Origin: a virus
Lineage: Duplodnaviria; Heunggongvirae; Uroviricota; Caudoviricetes
Direction: 5' to 3' (one strand)
Length of the DNA: 64,000 nucleotides
IMG/VR virus record: IMGVR_UViG_2859180793_000001
Span: 2,529 to 66,528 of that record
Positions 1 through 8,900 of the stretch are shown one piece after another. The position numbers and the translations under genes were made by a program. A model generated the notes under the pieces. It was given only the letters and a program-made list of their open reading frames with translations. It was not told the DNA's origin and did no database searches. How positions within the stretch are numbered: the stretch's first letter is position 1; every line of letters starts with the position of its first letter.

Positions 1-1
1 A

Positions 2-26
2 TAAAAAAAAGGCACCCGAAGGTGCC
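2..26 (-). terminator. rho-independent terminator (minus strand) downstream of repressor gene
   Basis: On the minus strand: GGCACC-ttcg-GGTGCC hairpin followed by an 8-T run (plus strand shows AAAAAAAAGGCACCCGAAGGTGCC). Confidence 0.7.
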
Positions 27-72
27 TAGTTTGTAATAGAGGGGAAGTTATATGTCTGATTATGGCTGCGCG

Positions 73-561
73 TTATTTGTGCTTTGGGAGCGCGTTGTCC
101 GAGCCAAAGCCTGCCATAAATTCCTGAAAGCGCTTCTTGTCGGCGTTACTGGCCAACTTTGGGTTGGGCAGCTTCGCGGCGCGCAGCGTGTCAATGATCT
201 CGACTTCGTTCGCCGTCAGCACGTGCTGATTCGCAAACACGCCCTCGATGGCCTCCCACGTCTCCGGCTGATACTCGCGCAGAACCAGTTGCAGGAAGTA
301 GACCGGATCGACGTTGAGAGCTTTGGCGAGCTGACCAACCTTCTGAATGGGCACCTTCGCACGGCCGCTCTTGATCATGGACACCATGTTGGGGGTGGAA
401 AAGCCCAGCTCGTCCGCCAACTCTTTCTGCGTCTTGCCGCTGATAGCCAGCATGTGGCCAACGTAATCAGCGACTCGGGGAATCTCGCCACGCTTGGGCG
501 CCGGAGGAAGCATGGTGCCCGCGCGCGGGCCGCGACGTTTGACGTTGTTGGTCTCGGTCAT
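73..561 (-). CDS. XRE-family helix-turn-helix transcriptional regulator (CI/Cro-like repressor candidate)
   Basis: 162-aa ORF. HTH segment ISGKTQKELADELGFSTPNMVSMIKSGRAKV. Only leftward gene at this end. Faces a divergent intergenic region (562..860) that contains palindromes. Confidence 0.7.
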   Translation of the reverse strand: MTETNNVKRRGPRAGTMLPPAPKRGEIPRVADYVGHMLAISGKTQKELADELGFSTPNMVSMIKSGRAKVPIQKVGQLAKALNVDPVYFLQLVLREYQPETWEAIEGVFANQHVLTANEVEIIDTLRAAKLPNPKLASNADKKRFQEFMAGFGSDNALPKHK

Positions 562-594
562 AGATATCCCTCCTTTCTTATATATCCTGGATTA

Positions 595-612
595 GCATCA
601 GACACCTGATGC
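595..612. promoter_or_regulatory. perfect inverted repeat GCATCAG-acac-CTGATGC (operator candidate)
   Basis: 7-bp arms with a 4-bp spacer, 34 nt upstream of the repressor start codon in the divergent switch region. Confidence 0.45.
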
Positions 613-788
613 AGCGACGGTCTCATTATAGAAACCGGCAAGTAAGAAGTGACTGTAGCAGTCGCTTGGTGTAACAGTTGGGCTCAAGTCAGCACTGATT
701 GAGCACCCCTTGGAGCCCAATTGTATTGAAAGGGCGTGGCCAGTCAATGCCTCGTCGTTGAAAACTTGCGCACAGCCTGCGTAAGATA

Positions 789-807
789 AGTTAACATTGA
801 CTATAAT
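789..807 (+). promoter_or_regulatory. AGTCA-N4-TGACT family palindromic promoter-like element (degenerate copy)
   Basis: AGTTAACATTGACT+ATAAT upstream of the gene at 861. More degenerate copies sit at about 687..700 and 742..750 in the same switch region. Confidence 0.5.
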
Positions 808-860
808 CTGTGTGCGCTGAGCGGTTCAGCGATCAATCTCAATTGGGGAGTAACGGGTTC

Positions 861-1073
861 ATGTGTTCCGGAGCAACTAACAGCAACAATGCGGCAACTC
901 AATCGTTTGCGAAACAAATCGACCTCAGCCGCTATGCGGACTTGGTGGCCGAAGGCGAGGTCATGGAGGAGCTGGACATTGGCTCTGCAATCCTGTGCCG
1001 TGTTTCGCATCCTGTCGTGGGAGTGGTGACGCTGCTCAACACGTCGGCGGGCCACGCCGCGCTGCTGTGCTGA
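861..1073 (+). CDS. hypothetical small protein (70 aa)
   Basis: ATG preceded by a GGGGAG RBS. Bracketed by a promoter-like motif and the terminator at 1093..1116. No recognisable domain. Confidence 0.4.
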   Translation: MCSGATNSNNAATQSFAKQIDLSRYADLVAEGEVMEELDIGSAILCRVSHPVVGVVTLLNTSAGHAALLC

Positions 1074-1092
1074 GACATGGCAGTCATAGAAA

Positions 1093-1116
1093 GGCGGGCA
1101 ATGCCCGCCTTTTTTT
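1093..1116 (+). terminator. rho-independent terminator
   Basis: GGCGGGC-aat-GCCCGCC hairpin followed by TTTTTTT. Confidence 0.7.
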
Positions 1117-1183
1117 GTCTTCGCTGGGAACGTGCGAGCCCCTGTTGCACGCCCTAAAAGTCTCGCGTAGTATTCGAAATGTA

Positions 1184-1204
1184 AGTCAACGTTGACTATA
1201 TAAA
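1184..1204 (+). promoter_or_regulatory. palindromic promoter-like element AGTCAACGTTGACT+ATATAA
   Basis: Perfect 14-bp palindrome, 15 nt upstream of the cobT-like ATG. Confidence 0.55.
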
Positions 1205-1218
1205 ACAAGGGACTGCAC

Positions 1219-3243
1219 ATGAACGATCGTATCCACATCCTTCGCGAAGCTGTTGTCAAAGTCACACAGATGCTGTCGGGAAAGGGCATTCAGGTCACGC
1301 AACGAGGAGTCAGTGCTTATGTTCAGCCCGGCCCCGACGGTGAGCCCGTTCTCGTGAACCTGCCCTACATGCCGGACAACGCCACCGACGAACTGATCCA
1401 CGCCATTCAGGGCTTCCTGGACCACGAAGTCGCGCACATTCTGTTCAGCGACTTCAAGGCGCTCAAGAAGGTCAAGAGCGAGCGCCTGCACGGCATCATG
1501 AACATCATCGAGGACGCGCGCATCGAAAAGCTGATGGCGCAGAAGTTCCAGGGCTCGGCCAGCAACCTGTCCAACACCGCCCACTTCTTCCTCGCCAAAT
1601 ACATCACGCCGCGCATTCAAGAGTGCGCGAAGAAGGGCGACGCGAACGGTGTGGTGGCCGCAATGATGGCCCCGCTGATCCGCTCGATGGCCGGTCAGCA
1701 AATCTTCCGCGAGTTCGTGGACAAGCATAAGCACACGGTCGACCCCATCTACAGCAAGGTCGCCCACCTGGCGCCGCAAATCGAAAACTGCGCTTCCACA
1801 GAAGAAGCGCTACGCCTCGCGGAGCAGTTCATCAAGGCGATCAGCGACGGCAAGGGCGGCGCCGGCGGCGAGTCCGAAGAGGAAGCCAAGTCGTCGAAGA
1901 GCGGCAAGAAGGGCAGCATCGAGAAGAGCGGTAAGTCCAAGAAGTCCCGCCCGAGCGCGCCGCCTGGCGAAGAGGGTGAGGACGAAGATGACGCTGGCGG
2001 CGAGGGCGGCACCGGCGGCGTGGGTGAAGGCGAAAGCAAGAGCAAGGGCGGCGAGGGCGAAGCGTCGGAAGACGAGAGCGACGGCGAGGGCGAAGGCTCT
2101 GCCAGCTCTGGTGAAGGCGACGAGTCCGAAGACGAAAGCGACGCCGAAGGTGAGGGCGAAGAGGAAGGCGAGGACGACGGCGAGGGTGAGGGCGCGGAGG
2201 AGGGCGAGGACGAAGAGAGCAGCGGCGGCGAAATGGAGACCGGCTCGGCATCGGCCCTGATGGATGCGATCGACAAGGAAACCAAGAACGGTTTCGACGA
2301 TGCCGTGTCCACGCTCATCTCCAACGCCGCGACGGACGCCGCACGCGGTTCCGACTACCTCATCTACACGAAGGACTTCGACCTGGTGGAGCCGCTGCAT
2401 GTCGGTCGCGGCTACGACTCCACCATGCTCGCGCGGCTCCAGGACAAGGTGGACCACATGGTCTCCCCGCTCCAGAAGGATCTGGAGCGCGCCATCGCTG
2501 CGCGCTCGCTCGCCACCTGGGAGAACGGTCGCCGCTCTGGCCGGCTGCACGCGGCCAACCTGTCGCGCCTGGCGGTCGGCGATGGCCGTGTGTTCCGCCG
2601 CAAGACGGAAACCACCAGCAAGGACGTGGCGGTGGAACTGGTCGTCGACGCCTCTGGCTCCATGTCGGGCGGCAAGGTCCACACCGCTGCGCAGGCGGCC
2701 TACGCTCTCGCGTCCGTGCTGGACCGCATCGGCATCAAGAACGAGGTGATCTGCTTCACCACTGGCGAGTGCCCGATCGACCATCGCAAGCTCGAAGAGG
2801 AGAAGGCGAAGATCGGCAAGGAGTTCACGCGGGTCGAATCGCTCTACATGCCGATCATCAAAGGCTTCAACGAGCGCATGACCTCCACCGAGACCAAGAG
2901 CCGGTTCGCCTGGCTGCCGAACTCCAACATCTTGCGCAACAACGTCGACGGCGAGTGCGTGGAGATTGCGGCCCGCCGCCTGTTGTCCCGCCGCGAGACC
3001 GGCAAGGTCATGATGGTGCTCTCCGATGGCGCGCCCAGCTGCTACACCAGCAGCCCGCGTGCGCTCCAGAAGCACCTCAAGGACACCGTGCGCAAGGTCG
3101 AGGGCTCGGGCGTCAAGGTCGTCGGCATCGGGATCATGTCGACCGAAGTGGAGCGCTTCTACACGCGCAGCATGGTCCTCAATGACGTGGCAGAACTTCC
3201 CCAGCGCGTCATGAAGGAGCTGCGTCACCTGTTGTTGGGCTGA
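1219..3243 (+). CDS. cobT: CobT-like protein with C-terminal von Willebrand factor A (vWA) domain
   Basis: 674 aa. Long acidic Glu/Gly/Asp/Ser-rich linker (nt about 1860-2230). vWA domain with MIDAS motif VVDASGSMSG. Paired with the downstream CobS-like AAA ATPase, as in aerobic cobaltochelatase CobS/CobT and phage CobST homologues. Confidence 0.7.
   Translation: MNDRIHILREAVVKVTQMLSGKGIQVTQRGVSAYVQPGPDGEPVLVNLPYMPDNATDELIHAIQGFLDHEVAHILFSDFKALKKVKSERLHGIMNIIEDARIEKLMAQKFQGSASNLSNTAHFFLAKYITPRIQECAKKGDANGVVAAMMAPLIRSMAGQQIFREFVDKHKHTVDPIYSKVAHLAPQIENCASTEEALRLAEQFIKAISDGKGGAGGESEEEAKSSKSGKKGSIEKSGKSKKSRPSAPPGEEGEDEDDAGGEGGTGGVGEGESKSKGGEGEASEDESDGEGEGSASSGEGDESEDESDAEGEGEEEGEDDGEGEGAEEGEDEESSGGEMETGSASALMDAIDKETKNGFDDAVSTLISNAATDAARGSDYLIYTKDFDLVEPLHVGRGYDSTMLARLQDKVDHMVSPLQKDLERAIAARSLATWENGRRSGRLHAANLSRLAVGDGRVFRRKTETTSKDVAVELVVDASGSMSGGKVHTAAQAAYALASVLDRIGIKNEVICFTTGECPIDHRKLEEEKAKIGKEFTRVESLYMPIIKGFNERMTSTETKSRFAWLPNSNILRNNVDGECVEIAARRLLSRRETGKVMMVLSDGAPSCYTSSPRALQKHLKDTVRKVEGSGVKVVGIGIMSTEVERFYTRSMVLNDVAELPQRVMKELRHLLLG
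1860..2240 (+). repeat. low-complexity acidic Gly/Glu/Asp/Ser codon repeats inside cobT-like gene
   Basis: Reiterated GGCGAGGGCGAAG/GACGAAGAG units encoding the GEGEDEDDAGGEGG.. linker. Confidence 0.6.
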
Positions 3244-3264
3244 TTCAGGCGACCTGATTGGGAT

Positions 3265-3278
3265 AGTCAAAACTTACT
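3265..3278 (+). promoter_or_regulatory. palindromic element, degenerate copy AGTCAAAACTTACT
   Basis: One mismatch to AGTCAAAACTGACT (compare 21079). Sits just 5' of the 37-bp conserved element. Confidence 0.4.
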
Positions 3279-3280
3279 CA

Positions 3281-3319
3281 CTATCCCCTGGGTCGCGTCT
3301 CTAAATTTACACATGTCGC
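3281..3319 (+). promoter_or_regulatory. 37-bp conserved element, copy 1 (CTATCCCCTGGGTCGCGTCTCTAAATTTACACATGTCG)
   Basis: Near-identical to 39817..39853 (about 31 of 37 positions). Lies upstream of the cobS-like gene. Confidence 0.5.
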
Positions 3320-3366
3320 AGCGCATTGCTGCATCAACTAGCAAACACACTCTGTTGGAGATAACC

Positions 3367-4560
3367 ATGAGCGAGAACTCGGAAAAGATCACCTGCGAAA
3401 TCTGCAACGCGCAAGTCCACTCGATCCAAATCCACCTGCGTAAGGACCACGCTGATTGGACGGTGGAGAGCTACCAAGCTGCCTACCCGGACGCGCCGCT
3501 GCTGTCGGAAACGGCCAAGCGGGCGATCGCCGAGAAGCGCAAGGAATCGACGACTGCGGCGCCGCTGGAAATGGCCGGCACCGCCGCAGTCGCCGCTGCG
3601 CCGAACGTCGCCTCGCTGATGCCAAAGGGCCAGTTGGTGAAGCAGCCGTTCCACGAAGTCTTCGGCTTGGGCAAGGTTGCCGCTGCCCTGTCGAGCAAGA
3701 AAGAGCCGATCCCCATCAGCGTGGTCGCCACGTCGGCGCACCCGAACATGGTGCCCAACAAGTCGGACGACTACGTGTATGACGTGGACGAACTGAAGAA
3801 TGTCATCCTCGCGCTGGAACTGAACATCCCCTGCTACGTCTGGGGCCACAAGGGCTCGGGCAAGTCGGAGCTGTATGAGCAAATCTGCGCCCGCACCAAT
3901 CGCGCGATGATCCGCGTCCAGCACACGGTCAACACCGAAGAGAGCCACATCGTCGGACAGTGGGTCGTCAAAAACGGCCAGACCGAGTTCGAGTTGGGAC
4001 CGCTGCCGCTGGCCATGAAGAACGGCTGGGTCTACGCCGCCGACGAATACGACTTCGCGCTGCCGAGCGTGCTGTCGGTCTACCAGGCAGTGCTCGAAGG
4101 CAAGGCGCTGGTGATCAAGGAGGCCGACGCCGCCAACCGCGTGATCGAGCCGCATCCGAACTTCCGCTTCGTCGCCACCGGCAACACGAACGGCAGCGGC
4201 GACGAAACGGGCCTGTATCAGGGCACCTCGCTCCAGAACAGCGCCAACTACGACCGCTTCGGCATGGTCGTCCACAAGCAATACATGAAGAAACAGTTCG
4301 AGAGCCTGATCCTCCAGAAGCGAGTCGGTCTGGTGAAGGAAGACGCTGACAAGATGGTGGACTTCGCGGCGCTCGTGCGCGAAGCGTATGACGGCGCCAA
4401 GATCAGCGACGTGATTTCGCCTCGCACGCTGATCTACTCGGCCAAGATCGGCGTGAAGCGCGGCTCGTTCCGCCAGGGCATCCAGCTGTCCTTCATCAAC
4501 AAGCTGTCGAAGGTGGACCGCGAAGTGGTGGACGGTCTGGCACAACGCATCTTCGGCTGA
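3367..4560 (+). CDS. cobS: CobS-like MoxR-family AAA+ ATPase
   Basis: Start ATG 3367 with a GGAG RBS (the in-frame upstream ATG at 3313 lacks one). N-terminal C-x2-C/H-x4-H segment. Walker A GHKGSGKS, Walker B-like VYAADEYD. The RFVATGNTNG core is typical of the CobS/MoxR family. Confidence 0.7.
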   Translation: MSENSEKITCEICNAQVHSIQIHLRKDHADWTVESYQAAYPDAPLLSETAKRAIAEKRKESTTAAPLEMAGTAAVAAAPNVASLMPKGQLVKQPFHEVFGLGKVAAALSSKKEPIPISVVATSAHPNMVPNKSDDYVYDVDELKNVILALELNIPCYVWGHKGSGKSELYEQICARTNRAMIRVQHTVNTEESHIVGQWVVKNGQTEFELGPLPLAMKNGWVYAADEYDFALPSVLSVYQAVLEGKALVIKEADAANRVIEPHPNFRFVATGNTNGSGDETGLYQGTSLQNSANYDRFGMVVHKQYMKKQFESLILQKRVGLVKEDADKMVDFAALVREAYDGAKISDVISPRTLIYSAKIGVKRGSFRQGIQLSFINKLSKVDREVVDGLAQRIFG

Positions 4561-4566
4561 TCGACC

Positions 4567-5223
4567 ATGTATAGCACGGACGTTCTTGAGTGCTACCAGG
4601 GGAACCTGGGGCTGGTGCATAAGGTGGCACGCAACTGCCACCGCCGGCTCCAGGCGATCGGTGCAGCGATGGAGTTCGAGGACGTGGTGGGCGAAGTCCG
4701 TCAGTCGCTGATTGTGGCGCACGCGAGCTTCGATCCCAAGCAGGGATTCGAGTTTTGCACCTACTTTGGCCGCGCCGCTTACAACCACATGAACCGGATC
4801 GCCGAGCGCGTCGAGTTGGAGCGCGTGGAGAACGCCACCTACTCGATCGAGGAGATCAACGCGGGGCGGGGTGAGAACGCGACGCCGGTCGAGGAGACCA
4901 TCAGCAGCGACGCCATGACGCCGGACGAGGTGTTGGAAGCGAAGCAGCGCCAGGCGCGCGCACTGCGCATGACCGAGCGCCTGTCACCGGTGGCGCAACT
5001 GATCGTGGAGTGGCTGGTGAACCCGCCGCCCGAGTTGTTGGCGGAGATTACCCGCCACCGTGCGCACGCGGAAGTCGCCCGCAACATGGGCCTCGCTCGC
5101 CGCTCCCATGCCGGTCTCACGATGGACTTCGTGAGCAAGATGATCGGAGCCGCGACGGGCCTTCCCGCCAAAACCATCCTCAACGCCCGCCGCGAAGTGC
5201 AGGACGTGATTGATTCGCTTTAA
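4567..5223 (+). CDS. sigma-70 family sigma factor-like protein
   Basis: GNLGLVHKVARN...FDPKQGFEFCTYFGRAAYNHMNR resembles sigma-70 regions 2.1-2.4. The C-terminus has HTH-like character. Confidence 0.55.
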   Translation: MYSTDVLECYQGNLGLVHKVARNCHRRLQAIGAAMEFEDVVGEVRQSLIVAHASFDPKQGFEFCTYFGRAAYNHMNRIAERVELERVENATYSIEEINAGRGENATPVEETISSDAMTPDEVLEAKQRQARALRMTERLSPVAQLIVEWLVNPPPELLAEITRHRAHAEVARNMGLARRSHAGLTMDFVSKMIGAATGLPAKTILNARREVQDVIDSL

Positions 5224-5233
5224 GAGAGAAGGA

Positions 5234-5950
5234 ATGCAATTGTTCGCCGATGTGACCGCCCCCGCTGGTGCTCCGGCATGCTTCGCCGCCGCGAGCGTGT
5301 TCAGCCACGATTCGATCGTGTGTCAGGCTTGCGCCAGCTTTGGAGAGTGCTCCAGCGCGTCGGTCAAGACGCTGGAAGCCATTCGGCAGACCATCAACGT
5401 GGAAGACCTGCTGCGTCGCCACGAAAACGCACGTCGACGCCTGGCCAAGCAGCCGGCGGCACCCCAGGTGCAGGCTGCCGAGCCGAAGCTGGAGCCCGCC
5501 CAGGCGGTCGAGGCCCAGGACGATGAAGTTGTGCCGGCGCGGCCCGCGAAGCCGGCGCTGCCGCCGCAGGTCGAGCGCAAGACCAAAGTGGAGAAGGTGG
5601 CGCTGGTGGTGACGGCCACCGACGAAGAGATCCTGCGCCAGCTGCCCGTCAAGGCCCGCGAGCACGCGGAGCGCTTCTGTCGTGCCGGCTTGATCGACGC
5701 GATGCGCAAAGACCTTCAGGCCGGTCGCAATACGTTCGCACAGTCGAAGCCAGAGTTCATGCGCGTGATCTGCGACCGTCTGATCGCTGGTGGCGCGAGC
5801 AAGAGCGATCTGCGCGCGTCCCTGATGCAGCAACTGAACTGGTCGGAGGGGACCGCCAGCTCGCACGTGAGCATGGCTGTGCCGATCCTCCTGCGCTTCA
5901 ACATTGCCACCGAATCCGCCGGCAACATCGTGCTCGTTCCCTGCGTCTGA
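5234..5950 (+). CDS. hypothetical protein
   Basis: First ATG with a GAGAAGGA RBS (the ORF track starts at TTG 5210). Cys cluster CQACASFGEC. Pro/Ala-rich linker. Confidence 0.5.
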   Translation: MQLFADVTAPAGAPACFAAASVFSHDSIVCQACASFGECSSASVKTLEAIRQTINVEDLLRRHENARRRLAKQPAAPQVQAAEPKLEPAQAVEAQDDEVVPARPAKPALPPQVERKTKVEKVALVVTATDEEILRQLPVKAREHAERFCRAGLIDAMRKDLQAGRNTFAQSKPEFMRVICDRLIAGGASKSDLRASLMQQLNWSEGTASSHVSMAVPILLRFNIATESAGNIVLVPCV

Positions 5951-5957
5951 AGCGCAC

Positions 5958-5976
5958 AATCAACACTGACTATTTC
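5958..5976 (+). promoter_or_regulatory. palindromic element, degenerate copy AATCAACACTGACT+ATTTCA
   Basis: 16 nt upstream of the dnaE RBS. Confidence 0.45.
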
Positions 5977-5991
5977 AGCTTAGGAGCTGTC

Positions 5992-8900
5992 ATGAATCTT
6001 GGACACGCGCTCTCGGTGCGTTCCGACTTCTCGGTAGGAGAGTCGCTGCTGCAAGTCGGCCACCTCGTCGACAAGGCGAAGGAGCTGGGCTACAGCTCCG
6101 TTGCGCTCACCGACACCATGAGCCTGCACGCGATGGTGGACTTCACCAACCGTGCGAAGAAGGCGGGCATCAAGCCCATCATCGGCTGCCGCGTGCGCGT
6201 GGTTGACGATCCCACCTACCGCAAGCCGCCCAAGTCCAGCGGCGTCGCTGAAGTGCCGAATCTCGGCTACACCCTGAAGCTCTACGCGCAGGACGAGCGC
6301 GGCATCAAGGGCCTCATCAAGCTGCTCTCGAAAGCCAATTCGCCCGAGTATTTCTACTACGTGTCCCGCGTGGGCCTGGACGATGTGTGCGAGCTGGAGG
6401 GCGTCACCGTCACGACGGGCGACATGTTCAACCTGTTCCACCATCCGCAGGCGCAGGACAAGCTGGAGATGCTGATCAACGCGATGGGCCGCGAGAACGT
6501 CTTCGTGGAGCTGGTGCCGATCAATACGCCGCTGTTCGACACGCTCAACGCGAAGGCTCTCCAGGCAGCCGACGCCTTGACCGCCGCCACGCTCGTCACA
6601 TATCCGACCTGCTACCGCGAAGAGGACGACGCATCGAGCCTGGACGTGCTCGGCGCCGTCACCTCGAACACGAAGATGGACGTGCCGTATCGGCCGATCC
6701 AGTTCGTCAAGGACTTCCACTTCCAGGCGCCGAACCATCTGGTCGACCGGATCAAGGCCGCGCACGGTCGCGTGGTGAAGTTCAACGGCGTCAACCTGCC
6801 GTCTCTGTGGCTCGCTGGCCTGAAGAACGTGGAGGAAGTGGCCAAGAAGAGCGGCTACGAGTTCTCCAAGCAGCCGGTCTGCCTGCCCAAGATGGCGGCC
6901 AACGAATTCATGGAGCTGGGCCGCAAGTGCATCGAGGGCTGGAAGCGTCGGTTCTCGCATCCGGTGCTCGGCTACAAGCCTGACCCGTCGCTGATCCCCG
7001 CCTACAAGGACCGGCTGAACTATGAGCTGGCGGTGCTCAAGAAGATGGGCTTCGCTGGCTACTTCCTGCTGGTCGAGGACTTGGTGAACTGGGCCAAAGA
7101 GAACGGCATCATCGTCGGCCCTGGCCGGGGTTCGGTGGGCGGCTCGCTGGTCGCTTACCTGATCGGCATCACTGACGTGGACCCGATCCGCTTCAACCTC
7201 CTGTTCGAGCGCTTCATCAACCCCGAACGTCTGGACTTGCCTGACGCCGACCTGGACTTCATGTCGACACGCCGGCACGAGGTCATCGAATACCTCACCA
7301 AGCGCTACGGCGCCGACCGGGTGGCAGGCATCTCCAACTACTCGACACTCGCCTCCGCTTCGGCGCTGCGCGACACAGGCCGCGTGTATGGCTTGAGCGG
7401 CCTGGAGCTGATGGCGACCAAGCTCGTGCCCAAAGAGCACGGCCAGTCCTTCACGCTCACGGATGCCGCCAAAGCCGTGCCCGAGCTGGAGAAGTTCCGC
7501 GACGAGAACACGGAAATCTGGAGCCACGCGCTCAAGCTGGAAGGGGCCATGCGCTCGTTTGGCCAGCACGCAGCCGGTGTGATCGTGGCGGGCGAGCCGT
7601 TGATTGAGCGCGCCGTCGTGGAGACGCGCGGCGAGTCGCCGGTGGTGAACTGGGACAAGCGTGTCGTCGAGGACTGGGGCCTGGTCAAGATGGATATTCT
7701 GGGCCTGTCCACCCTCGACGTGCTGGAGATCGCCAAGAGCTACATCAAGGAGCGGCACGGCAAGGAAATCAACTACCTCTCCCTGCCGCTGGAGGAGCCC
7801 GACATTATGGCGGCCTTCGCTCGGGGCGATACGACTGGCGTGTTCCAGTTCGAGTCGGGCGGCATGAAGGGCCTGCTGCGCAACCTGGCGATGGGTGGCG
7901 ACCTGACCTTCGAGGACATTACTGCCGCCACTGCACTTTATCGCCCAGGGCCGATGGACTCGGGCCTGATGGACGACTTCATCCAGATCAAGCAGGGGTG
8001 CAAGCTGCCGTTCTACGAGCACCCCGCGATGGAGCCGGCGCTCAAGGACACCTACGGCGTCATCGTCTACCAGGAACAGGTCATGCAGCTGGCCGTCGAC
8101 CTTGCCGGCTTCACCCGCGCCGAAGCAGATCACCTGCGCAAAGCGATGGGCAAGAAGGACAAGGACAAGATGGCGGAGATGCGCCAGAAGTGGGTCGACG
8201 GCTGTCTCGCGACCAACGGCATGGACGAGACGAAAGCGGGCCCGCTGTTCGACAAGATCGAAGCCTTCGCAGGCTACGGTTTCAACCGCTCCCACGCGGT
8301 CGAGTATTCGATCGTGTCCTACTGGACGATGTGGGTGCGCGTGCGCTATCCGGCCGAATACTTCGCCGCGTGCATGTCGATCGTCAAGGAGGAGAAGTTG
8401 CCAGGGCTGGTCAGCGATGCGCGGGAATATGGGATCGAGATCCTGCCGCCGTCGATCAACCAGTCCACGCACCGGTTCACCATCCCTGACGACAAGCACC
8501 TGCTGGCGCCGTTTTCGAGCGTCAAGGGCATCTCCGAGAACACCGCACGCCGGATCGTGGAGCTGCGCAACGCGCAGGGCGGGGCGTTCAGGGACATGGA
8601 CCACTTCCTCGAAGTGACGGAAGCCAAAGGCTCGAAGGTCAACAGCAAGGTCCGAGACGCGCTGGACAAGGTGGGGGCGCTGGTGGAGATCCAGCCTGGC
8701 GCGAAGCCGGCACGAGCGCTGGAGCGTCGCCGCGATCAGACCGAGCTGATGCCTGGCCTCATCATCGACAGCGTGAAGGCCGACCGGCAGACCGACCTGA
8801 CGGAGAAGTTCCTGCGGGCGAAGGTGATCAGCCTCGTGCAGGAATACAAGAAGTGCGATGCGTGCTCGCTGGCGGGCCAGAACCACCCGACCGTGCGCGC

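Noticed and set aside
52-609. 185-aa plus-strand ORF overlapping the repressor gene
   Set aside because: Fully antisense to the XRE regulator ORF, which has a clear HTH and RBS. No RBS of its own. Typical high-GC antisense artefact.
1810-3270. 486-aa minus-strand ORF (and nested 1841..2251, 1749..2324 ORFs)
   Set aside because: Antisense to the cobT-like gene and rich in Ala/Arg/Leu, as expected for GC-rich shadow frames. No start context.
3334-4788. 484-aa minus-strand ORF
   Set aside because: Antisense shadow of the cobS-like and sigma-like genes.
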